A stretch of DNA of 64,000 nt, from the NCBI GenBank assembly GCA_947525975.1, contig CANNVE010000004.1, positions 71,278-135,277 of the forward strand. The letters are read 5' to 3'. A program made the translations under genes and the position numbers. The DNA is from an uncultured Muribaculaceae bacterium. GTDB lineage: Bacteria > Bacteroidota > Bacteroidia > Bacteroidales > Muribaculaceae. The notes beneath the pieces were generated by a model, which was not told the origin of the DNA, did no database searches, and saw only the letters and a list, made by a program, of their open reading frames with translations. This document shows, one piece after another, positions 28,758 to 37,048 of this stretch (position 1 is its first letter; every line of letters starts with the position of its first letter).

Positions 28758-30200
28758 TCAGATTTTACGTACCACTTTCATTATCCAAAGCCTGACACTT
28801 TCTACAAAGTTCGGCATAATAAGCTCACGTATTCCCAATTCCTTAATTATGAGGTCACGCACATCTCGGGAATAGCCATTGAGCATACAGGCATACGCCT
28901 GTTCAGAAAATGTAGAAGCCGAGAAAATACAACTCTTCTTGCCATGTACTCTAATTCCCATGCCATATTCCAATCTGTACGATACATCCCTGTCAACACT
29001 GAGGTTCACCCGATTGACGCACTCCACAATTCTGCAAAACTTTTCCGTCGTGGAAATAAAGGACTTCTTATCACAGGTCGAATCATCATTTTTTTGTATC
29101 ACAATATCCAATTCTGATGGCGTGACCACTAAATCAAACCATTTCACACCTACGCGGTCGCAATCCTCCAACACAAACCTCATCTCAATTATTCCCACAT
29201 CATGAACGGATATTCTTAACGGTCCTATTGAAATATCAGGATAAAATGAATTGATAGGACTATTTGCTTTTGAATTATGTTGAAATGATTTGCCAAATGG
29301 AAACAATCCATCAACTTCCCTCAAAACCATGTCAACGGATTGATGCCTGTCCTTTTTCATAGGAGACATCATTTTCCTTATCAAATCAATTACACGAGAA
29401 TCAACGCATGAATTAATCAACGCGTCTGCCGGAAAACCTTCGTTCAGTATCACAGATGCTTCAAACGGCTGCGTGCCGGTGACCATCTTAAACAATGTGG
29501 CACCCAATGCGTAAATATCCATGGTGACCGGAAAACCTTTCCCTGATTTATATCCTGTCTGTTCCAATGGAGCATATCCCGGTGTGCCACCTCTGATCGA
29601 AGTACTTGACTCCGGATTTCCTTTCATGTCATATTGTTTCGACAGGCCAAAGTCTATCAGCTTTACTTTACCATAGGAATCAAGCATTATGTTAGCCGGC
29701 TTTAAATCGAGATGTAGCATTTTTTGGCTGTGCATATATGCCAATGCCTGACAAATCTGTCGGAACAGCGGCAAAGCAAACTCTACACTCAATTTTTCCT
29801 TTGAATAGATGTATGAGTCGAGGCTCCCACCTGCGATATATTCCATCACATAGTAAGCTGTATTATTCGCAGTGATGGTTTCAAGCACCCTAACTATATT
29901 CGGATGATGCATCTTTGAAAGATGACCGGCTTCATTTATGAATTTATGCAGGTAATCATAGAAGATTCCATTTTGGCCGGCAATGGTTACCTTATCCCCA
30001 TTGCGACCGTTGATTTCCCGCATAAAAAACTCTTTTACAGTTACTTTTATCCCTATGCCGTTGCCTGAATGCGGACGTGCTTCTGCGAGATAGGTGATGC
30101 CAAATGTCCCTTGTCCGAGGGGCTTTATCATTGAGTACTCGTAAGTATTCCCCACAAGTTTTGAACCACAAGAAAGGCTATCCACGAAATCTGAAGACAT
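28758..30200 (-). CDS. Hanks-type Ser/Thr protein kinase with an unknown C-terminal domain
   Basis: LGQGTFGITY, VTVKE, HPNIVRV, VMEY, HLDLKPANIML, IDFG, GTPGYAPLEQ, DIYALG; AT-rich. Confidence 0.93.
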   Translation of the reverse strand: MSSDFVDSLSCGSKLVGNTYEYSMIKPLGQGTFGITYLAEARPHSGNGIGIKVTVKEFFMREINGRNGDKVTIAGQNGIFYDYLHKFINEAGHLSKMHHPNIVRVLETITANNTAYYVMEYIAGGSLDSYIYSKEKLSVEFALPLFRQICQALAYMHSQKMLHLDLKPANIMLDSYGKVKLIDFGLSKQYDMKGNPESSTSIRGGTPGYAPLEQTGYKSGKGFPVTMDIYALGATLFKMVTGTQPFEASVILNEGFPADALINSCVDSRVIDLIRKMMSPMKKDRHQSVDMVLREVDGLFPFGKSFQHNSKANSPINSFYPDISIGPLRISVHDVGIIEMRFVLEDCDRVGVKWFDLVVTPSELDIVIQKNDDSTCDKKSFISTTEKFCRIVECVNRVNLSVDRDVSYRLEYGMGIRVHGKKSCIFSASTFSEQAYACMLNGYSRDVRDLIIKELGIRELIMPNFVESVRLWIMKVVRKI

Positions 30201-30210
30201 ATTGTTTCGT

Positions 30211-31005
30211 CTATTTTATTCCAAGCAGTGAACTGATAGTCATAAGGAACACCTCCTTATTGTACATTTTATTCACATTTATTACAAAATACTTGTTCTT
30301 ATTCTTGAATTGTACGGCATCTTCTCCTCCAGGGTAAATATACAAATAGCCATTGTCAAAAGAATACCTGAACTGACCGTTTGCATAATTGCTGTCTGAC
30401 TTGATAAACCCTCTGCCTACACTCACAATTGACTTTTCCGATCGGAATGTGGCATAACCTTGCCTTTTCAATTCTTCATTAACTCTTTTCAACGACACAT
30501 CAATCCATGAATTCGTCAATGCGTTGGCCATATAACCCGCGAATTCGTATTCACCCTCTACCTCATATTCATTTCGATAACGATCATTGTAGAATTTATC
30601 AATAGAACCATCTTTTAATTCTATTTTGATTGAGACTGAAGTTCCGGTGTATTTATCAAATCCATAAATTCTACGATACTGTTTCGTTCTGGCGACAGAT
30701 ATTCCTGAAATGTCATCAAATCGGTAAATCATATCTTTTGAGAGAAAGCCAGTTCTTTGTTTGAAAATCCCTTTCTCATATATAAACACACGATAACATG
30801 ATATCTTACTCCATATATATAGAAGAATGAATATCAGAAGAATAAGCCATCCTCCGATTGGGAGCAAAATCCAAAAAAGATTCTTCCATTCAAACGGAAC
30901 TCTTTCTGTAGTGAAACCGATTTTATATCCCCCGAGTCCCACCTGCGGAATCAATGCATCATTTGGAGAAATCAAATACGTCTCTATATCTTTAATCTTT
31001 GACAT
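30211..31005 (-). CDS. Hypothetical membrane-anchored protein (N-terminal TM plus beta-rich domain)
   Basis: 264-aa AT-rich ORF with the hydrophobic segment LFWILLPIGGWLILLIFILLYIW; 10-nt gap to the kinase. Confidence 0.75.
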   Translation of the reverse strand: MSKIKDIETYLISPNDALIPQVGLGGYKIGFTTERVPFEWKNLFWILLPIGGWLILLIFILLYIWSKISCYRVFIYEKGIFKQRTGFLSKDMIYRFDDISGISVARTKQYRRIYGFDKYTGTSVSIKIELKDGSIDKFYNDRYRNEYEVEGEYEFAGYMANALTNSWIDVSLKRVNEELKRQGYATFRSEKSIVSVGRGFIKSDSNYANGQFRYSFDNGYLYIYPGGEDAVQFKNKNKYFVINVNKMYNKEVFLMTISSLLGIK

Positions 31006-31047
31006 AATCTTATAAATTTGATTGTTTACTTATTTATTTCTTTAAAA

Positions 31048-32094
31048 TCAGATTTCTGTTTCAGACTCAATGTATGAAAAGAAATTTATCAATAACTTTA
31101 TACCGTACCACAATAGATAAAATGGTGCTATAAAAGCTCCTACGCGCACCACCCCGCCACGACCATTACTCAACCAATCTATCAAATAAATTGTTGTCAA
31201 AACCGCCAAGGCAAAGCATGCCAATGAAGCCAACAGCCGCCACGACTTATCCCATATCAAATTCACATACTTCATGAAAACAGTACCGCCTTTTACATTA
31301 CGCTTTCTCCCGTTCTTGGCATAATACGTGCCATGATCGGTAGGTTTATCACCTATGAACTGTCCTTCAAACCTTTCACCGTAAGTATTCGTTAGAACTC
31401 CATATCCATGACGCTGACCATCCTTAAAATCCCCCGAGTAGGAACTACCGTCAGGATAATAGATTGTTCCTTTTCCTGTGCGCTTAGATGCTTTCCATTC
31501 TCCTACGTATTTTGTGCCATCAGGCCATATCATCGTACCTTTACCGCACATTTGCCCGCGCACCCATTGCCCATCATAGACCGTATGGTCAGGGAAAAAC
31601 ATTTTTCCGTATCCATGTGCCTTTCCATTACTAACTTCACCCTTATATGGCGTATTTGTAACTTCGGTCTTGCTATGTGCTATAAGTTCTTGCCTTACTG
31701 TACGCTCCGTTTCATAATCATTACCAATATCTTGCGCCAAATCAACCGAAGGTTTCCTATCAGACACGACCACGTACAACTCTTTCCCACCTACATTTAG
31801 TTGCTCAATTACTTCAACCCTATCACCTTGCAATCTTGAGCACTCACATATCTCCACATAACCATCTGACTGAATTTCGCCCAATGCCCCTCGCATTTCT
31901 ACAGCCGCGAGATATGAATAGTCTCCACATGACTCACATATTACATAATCATACACCGAGCCTGAAATCTTGTTTCCGACATGCAGATCCATTACCGAAA
32001 GTGTATTACTCCGGTCTCTTACCTGCGTGTAGCTTGATTGATAACTCACTCCTTTTGCGGAATGATTCACCCTTGTAGGCTCACTCTGATACAT
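31048..32094 (-). CDS. MORN-repeat protein with two C-terminal TM helices and a degenerate kinase-like N-terminus
   Basis: About five MORN repeats (YxGxWxxGxxxGxGxxxxPDG); two hydrophobic C-terminal segments; AT-rich. Confidence 0.85.
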   Translation of the reverse strand: MYQSEPTRVNHSAKGVSYQSSYTQVRDRSNTLSVMDLHVGNKISGSVYDYVICESCGDYSYLAAVEMRGALGEIQSDGYVEICECSRLQGDRVEVIEQLNVGGKELYVVVSDRKPSVDLAQDIGNDYETERTVRQELIAHSKTEVTNTPYKGEVSNGKAHGYGKMFFPDHTVYDGQWVRGQMCGKGTMIWPDGTKYVGEWKASKRTGKGTIYYPDGSSYSGDFKDGQRHGYGVLTNTYGERFEGQFIGDKPTDHGTYYAKNGRKRNVKGGTVFMKYVNLIWDKSWRLLASLACFALAVLTTIYLIDWLSNGRGGVVRVGAFIAPFYLLWYGIKLLINFFSYIESETEI

Positions 32095-32150
32095 AGGCTC
32101 TCTTACTCATCAAAAATGCTGACAGACTCCCGATATTCAGCGATATCTAC

Positions 32151-32505
32151 AAAAAAATAGCGTGAGAGCCAACGCGGTTGCCCGTTCCGCTGCTTGAGGC
32201 CCTGGAATTGCCCATCTTCACAGAACGAGCAAACTTGCAGAAGCCTCACGCAGAATATGATATACATATCCCATCTAATGCTCTCACATCAGATAGGACA
32301 TTACATAACATATCCACATTAGCTATCCACTGTTTGCTGCATTCTTGACGAAGATTGAAGTTTTCCAGGTTTCAAGCAGCCAAGAAAGAGCGCCGAGTAA
32401 ACGCTACTATGTCATACGCACACCAATACGGCGTGCCTGTTTATACCGACCTACCACATAAGCCACGAAAGGTCTTATATGTTTCAGTCTCTAATTGCAA
32501 AGTTA
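32151..32505 (-). promoter_or_regulatory. Promoter plus long structured 5' leader of the MORN-membrane-kinase cassette
   Basis: -7 box TAACTTTG at 32505-32498; hairpin 32436-32418; nested stems 32251-32160 ending in TATTTTTTT; G-U wobbles form only on the minus strand. Confidence 0.6.
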
Positions 32506-32550
32506 AAAAGATTTTTTCAACTTCACAATATCTTGAATCAAAATAATTAT

Positions 32551-32581
32551 AAAACGGGGCAAACAAATGTCACCCCGTTTT
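32551..32581 (-). terminator. Intrinsic terminator after the SIMPL gene
   Basis: AAAACGGGG...CCCCGTTTT. Confidence 0.75.
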
Positions 32582-32607
32582 ATAGAATCCCATAAAAGGT
32601 GCTGATA

Positions 32608-33306
32608 TTACTTTTCTATGTAGTAGTTGATGCTGGTGACTACGCGCACATTCTTGATGTAGGGGGTGTAGTTGTCGCGGTCTTCGATCGAGAATTGGCC
32701 TTGGCGGGCGGTCTTGATCTTGCCGATCTTGCTGCCGGAGTCCTCGGCGAATTTTTCAGCCGCCGCACGAGCATTCTTGGTGGCCTCGGCTATCATCTCC
32801 GGCTTTATGTCGTTTAGTCCGGTGAATTCATACACGATGCGGGCATCCCAATTGCCGGTGACGAGCGATACGCCTTCCTTGAGCAGTTCGCCTTGGCGGT
32901 TGATGAGTGAACGCACCTGATCCACCTTGTCTGACGCGATGGTGATGGTCATGGTGATGCTGTAGCGGTAAGGCGGTCGTACTCCTCCGTAGTTGTTTGA
33001 CTGCATATCGTTGACTCCCGGCGCACCGATCGAATATTCCGAAGCGGTGATGCCGTTGCCGGTGAGGAAGTCTGTTATGATCTTGTTGTTTGACTCGATC
33101 TGAGAATAGAGCTGCGGCAGGTCATTGCCCACAAGATTGTATTGCAGAGGCCATATAACCTTGTCGGCGGGAACCTCGCGCTCGCAAAGACCGCGCACTT
33201 CTACCACGCGGCTGTTGTCGGTGAATGAAACAAGGCCGCTGCGCAGGCACAGGCCGAGCGCGAGTAGGCCGATGGCCAAAATGGCCGCTGAAACGTAATT
33301 TTTCAT
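32608..33306 (-). CDS. SIMPL (DUF541) domain protein
   Basis: VEVRGLCEREVPAD, KPEMIAEATKNARAAAEKFAEDSG, ARQGQFSI, VRVVTSINY. Confidence 0.88.
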   Translation of the reverse strand: MKNYVSAAILAIGLLALGLCLRSGLVSFTDNSRVVEVRGLCEREVPADKVIWPLQYNLVGNDLPQLYSQIESNNKIITDFLTGNGITASEYSIGAPGVNDMQSNNYGGVRPPYRYSITMTITIASDKVDQVRSLINRQGELLKEGVSLVTGNWDARIVYEFTGLNDIKPEMIAEATKNARAAAEKFAEDSGSKIGKIKTARQGQFSIEDRDNYTPYIKNVRVVTSINYYIEK

Positions 33307-33316
33307 ATCTTATCGA

Positions 33317-33793
33317 TTAACTGAAATTAGTGAATGCGAAAGGCAGAAGGCTCTTGACTGATTCAAGCACATACACCTTGTCCTTGCCTGCGAGAAGCAC
33401 TTGTACCGGCTGGCCGGCAAGGACTTCATATTCGAGCAGAGCCTGCCTGCACGCCCCGCAGGGAGAGATGGGAGCATCGCAAAATTCTCCGTCAGTGTCG
33501 CGGGCAGCGATGGCTATGGCTTTGAACAGGGCATCGGGATACCTGCCGTGGGCATAATAGGCTGCCGACCGCTCGGCGCAAAGCCCCGAAGGATAGGCGG
33601 CATTTTCCTGGTTGCTGCCCACCACCGTCTCTCCATTGTCAAGAAGGATGGCTGCGCCTACGCTGAAATGGCTGTATGGGGCATAAGAGCGATATGTGGC
33701 TTCCTTGGCTTTCTCAACAAGCATTCGCTGCGTGGCGTCAAGTTCTTCAGGCAGAACCTCAACGACTCTCGCCACTATCTCAAAATTTTTCAT
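33317..33793 (-). CDS. cdd: Cytidine deaminase
   Basis: SYAPYSHFSVGAA, NQENAAYPSGLCAER, PCGACRQ. Confidence 0.95.
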   Translation of the reverse strand: MKNFEIVARVVEVLPEELDATQRMLVEKAKEATYRSYAPYSHFSVGAAILLDNGETVVGSNQENAAYPSGLCAERSAAYYAHGRYPDALFKAIAIAARDTDGEFCDAPISPCGACRQALLEYEVLAGQPVQVLLAGKDKVYVLESVKSLLPFAFTNFS

Positions 33794-33823
33794 GTATAAT
33801 TGTTGTTTAATGATTCTCTTTCT

Positions 33824-34696
33824 TCAAAGCCTTGAATATGACGGCGAGAATGTATCGCCCTGGTTGGGGTCGCCGGTGGCTATGCCCTTCTTTAGCCAGC
33901 GGGCGCGCTGCTCGCTGCGACCGTGGTTGAATGATTCTGGCATCTCGCGCCCATAGGCCTTGCGCTGCAGGTAATCGTCGCCGATTTTCGAAGCCACGTT
34001 CAAGGCATTCTCCACATCGCCGTCCTCTATCGAGCCAAACATCGCGTTATCGCGGTTGGCCCATACTCCGGCATAGAAGTCAGCCTGAAGCTCAAGCCTC
34101 ACGCTCACCTTGTTGGCCTCGGTCTCTGACATGGCCGACATCTGCCTGTGGGCATCGGTGAGGGTACCGAGCAGATACTGCACATGATGGCCCACCTCGT
34201 GGGCTATGACGTAGGCATAGGCAAAATCGCCTCCGCCTCCTATGTTGCGCTCCATGTCTTTGAAGAAGTCAAGGTCGATGTATACAGTCTGGTCGCCCGA
34301 GCAATAGAAGGGGCCTGTCTGCGATGTGGCATTGCCGCAGGCTGAATTCACGCTTCCGCTGAACACCACCAGCTTCGGCGGCTGGTACGTGCCCCATCCC
34401 TGACGGCGGAATTCCTCTGTCCACACATCTTCAGTGCCGGCGAATACTTTTGAGGCCAGGTCAAAAAGGCGTTCGTCCTCAGCGTCGGGCACATATTCGC
34501 TTTGCTGCGATGTGCCCACGCCACCTTGGCTGATCACATTGCTCACGACATCCCCGATGCCTCCTCCGTTCATAAATGTCATTATGGCGATTATGATCAC
34601 GCCCACTATTCCCCCGCCAACGGCGGCTTTTCCGCCTCCGCTGAGTCCGCGCCGGTCATCTACGTTGTTGCTGCGCCTGCGTCCGTCAAGTCTCAT
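33824..34696 (-). CDS. Neutral zinc metallopeptidase (YpfJ-like)
   Basis: GPFYCSGD, YVIAHEVGHHVQ, ELQADFYAG, HGRSEQR. Confidence 0.9.
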   Translation of the reverse strand: MRLDGRRRSNNVDDRRGLSGGGKAAVGGGIVGVIIIAIMTFMNGGGIGDVVSNVISQGGVGTSQQSEYVPDAEDERLFDLASKVFAGTEDVWTEEFRRQGWGTYQPPKLVVFSGSVNSACGNATSQTGPFYCSGDQTVYIDLDFFKDMERNIGGGGDFAYAYVIAHEVGHHVQYLLGTLTDAHRQMSAMSETEANKVSVRLELQADFYAGVWANRDNAMFGSIEDGDVENALNVASKIGDDYLQRKAYGREMPESFNHGRSEQRARWLKKGIATGDPNQGDTFSPSYSRL

Positions 34697-34826
34697 AATA
34701 TTTCGATTATAGTTAATGTTTTATCAATGCATATTTTCACCTTTTGCCCCACGTGGAGAGCATATCATATAGATATTAACAAACGTGGCGCCTAAATGGT
34801 AAGGCGAAGCCGCCCTAAATATTCCG

Positions 34827-35735
34827 TCAGATCATCGCCGCCACCTTGCGGGCAAATTCCTCGGCAGGCAAATCATAGGGCAACCACTCTATATGGAATC
34901 CCCTTTTCTCCATGCCCCGGAACCATGTCATCTGCCTCTTGGCAAACTGATGTATGGCTATCTCAAGCTCGGCCACCATCCGGTCATATGGCATCTGCCC
35001 TGTCACATAGAGTGTGAGATATTTGTATTCAAGACCATAGTATATGAGGTCGTCGGCCTGAATGCCTGAGGCGAGCAGCGCCTCCACCTCCCCTACCATG
35101 CCATGGTCGAGACGCTCCCGAAGGCGCAGCGATATGCGACGGCGGCGCTCTTCTCTCGGTATGTCCACGCCCACAAGCAGGTAGTTGTCTATCGGATGCG
35201 GCTTGGCTGCCTTGGCAGCCTCTGGATGATCAAGATAGTATGTCTCAATCTCAATGGCGCGTATGGCTCTCTGCGCCGTATCGACATCCGTAGTGTTGTG
35301 CAGGGTCTTCATCGATGCCAGAATCGCGGTCAGTTCACCGAGCGATTTCCCGGCGAGACTCTCCCTCAAAGCCTTGTTTTCGGGCACTTCAGGCAACTCA
35401 AGCCCCTTAAGCACCGATTCAAGATACAGCCCCGTGCCCCCGCACATCACCGGATGGTGACCACGGCGGCGTATGTCGGCCATGGCTTGCTGGCTATCAG
35501 CAAGAAAGCGATGCAAGTTATATTTCGAACCGGCTGGAGCCACATCGATGAGGTGAGCGGGCACATCGCCATATTCCTCGAGATCCTTGCCTGTGCCGAG
35601 ATCCATGCCACGGTAGACCTGCCGTGAATCAGCGCTTATGATCTCGCCGCCTATCAGACGCGCCACAGCCACCGCTTTCGCTGTCTTTCCGGAGGCCGTA
35701 GGACCGGTGATCGCTATCAGTTTCTTCTCTTCCAT
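34827..35735 (-). CDS. miaA: tRNA dimethylallyltransferase
   Basis: GPTASGKT, ISADSRQVYRGMDLGTGK, GGTGLY, FAKRQMTWFR. Confidence 0.95.
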   Translation of the reverse strand: MEEKKLIAITGPTASGKTAKAVAVARLIGGEIISADSRQVYRGMDLGTGKDLEEYGDVPAHLIDVAPAGSKYNLHRFLADSQQAMADIRRRGHHPVMCGGTGLYLESVLKGLELPEVPENKALRESLAGKSLGELTAILASMKTLHNTTDVDTAQRAIRAIEIETYYLDHPEAAKAAKPHPIDNYLLVGVDIPREERRRRISLRLRERLDHGMVGEVEALLASGIQADDLIYYGLEYKYLTLYVTGQMPYDRMVAELEIAIHQFAKRQMTWFRGMEKRGFHIEWLPYDLPAEEFARKVAAMI

Positions 35736-37033
35736 AGCCAGTCAGTGCCTGTGACGTAATGCCGCCAAAATCTGCGCAGCCTGTAAAACCGCTTGTCTTC
35801 GTTGTTCTGAGCCACCGACAGCCAATGCACATCGCTGTAGTCAATGTCCCAGTCCTTGAAATCGATGAGTTTGAAGGTGGGCCGGTAATTGCGTATCTCA
35901 TAGAGGCGCCTGCCCTCCCTGTCGTATGTCTTCCATGCCATGGTCATGGTGTAGACGCGGTGCAGCTCGTATGCGAGCGGTCGCGTGATCTGCCCGGCCT
36001 TTAGCAACAAATCAACGTCGAGGAGAGTGCACCATTTGCCGCCAAGAGCCGGTATGTCGGCGTCATCATCGACAAACACGGCGTAATGGTAGCAATTCTG
36101 CTTGTCGGTGGTGGTGATGAAGAGCTGCCGCAATGAAAAACCGTCAATGCCGGATAGCCGCTTGAAGTCTTCGGCTGCCTGGCTGTCAGTCAATTCCTGC
36201 GTAAAGGCTCTCTTATGTATGGCAGGCGAGTCCCAAAGGCCAATGGGAGTGTGATCCACCTCGAGCTGGCGCAGCAGCAGCTTGTCGCCGCGCACTATCA
36301 TGAAATGCTCGAGAGTGTGAAATTTTGAGTCATCTACGCCTGTAAGCATCTGTATCTCGAAATCAAGGCTTCCAAACTTCATGTAGAAGTACACAAGCGA
36401 GAACAGATAGATCATGCCGGGCAAAGCGAAGAAATAGAAAGCGTCGGGGGTGTTGATGTTAACATTGATGTAGAGCACGAAATAATACGTCCACGTCACG
36501 GCCATCATGACGACGGCGATCCAGAACGACAGGCGCATCTGGAACCTCACTTCGTGATGGAAAACATTGCGCTCCAATGTGTCTTTGATGCTGTATCCGG
36601 CGCGCTCGCGGCAAGCATCGCACATGCTGGTATTCCCCCTGAACCACATTGCATAACCGTAGCCGAACACCATGGCCGGATACACCACCAAAGTGGAGAT
36701 ATACGGAATCTCTGGGTTGGCGAATCTGCCGCCGATGGTAGTGTATATGAGCCAGCGGCTATTGATAAGGTTGATGACCACCATGATCACAAACGAAGCG
36801 ATAAGGCTGTAATTGGTGGCGACTGTGAAAAGGGGGCAGAAAGGCGCTCCGCTCCTCGAATTGCGGTTGTTGAAGACATGCACTATCATCAAGCCTGCGA
36901 ATGCGAGCAGTGGCATCCACAGAGGATGCACCCAATAGCCCGCCACGCACAGCAGCGAGAGGCAGCCGAAGCAAATGGCCCAACTTTTCATCAGGTAGCC
37001 GAGCACCTTGGCGTAGTTTACTTCTGTAGCCAT
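35717..37033 (-). CDS. Conserved-looking hypothetical membrane protein (5-6 TM plus soluble C-terminal domain)
   Basis: 438-aa ORF with host-like codon usage in an operon between DPP IV and miaA; overlaps the miaA start by 19 nt. Confidence 0.75.
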   Translation of the reverse strand: MATEVNYAKVLGYLMKSWAICFGCLSLLCVAGYWVHPLWMPLLAFAGLMIVHVFNNRNSRSGAPFCPLFTVATNYSLIASFVIMVVINLINSRWLIYTTIGGRFANPEIPYISTLVVYPAMVFGYGYAMWFRGNTSMCDACRERAGYSIKDTLERNVFHHEVRFQMRLSFWIAVVMMAVTWTYYFVLYINVNINTPDAFYFFALPGMIYLFSLVYFYMKFGSLDFEIQMLTGVDDSKFHTLEHFMIVRGDKLLLRQLEVDHTPIGLWDSPAIHKRAFTQELTDSQAAEDFKRLSGIDGFSLRQLFITTTDKQNCYHYAVFVDDDADIPALGGKWCTLLDVDLLLKAGQITRPLAYELHRVYTMTMAWKTYDREGRRLYEIRNYRPTFKLIDFKDWDIDYSDVHWLSVAQNNEDKRFYRLRRFWRHYVTGTDWLWKRRN

Positions 37034-37048
37034 GTCTGACCGATGGGC

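Noticed and set aside
32355-32546. 63-aa plus-strand ORF in the cassette leader
   Set aside because: Non-ATG start, no motif, and antisense to the promoter and structured leader; better explained as non-coding.
34749-34788. CCACGT...ACGTGG inverted hexamers upstream of the zinc peptidase
   Set aside because: Too short to distinguish from chance, with no linked regulator.
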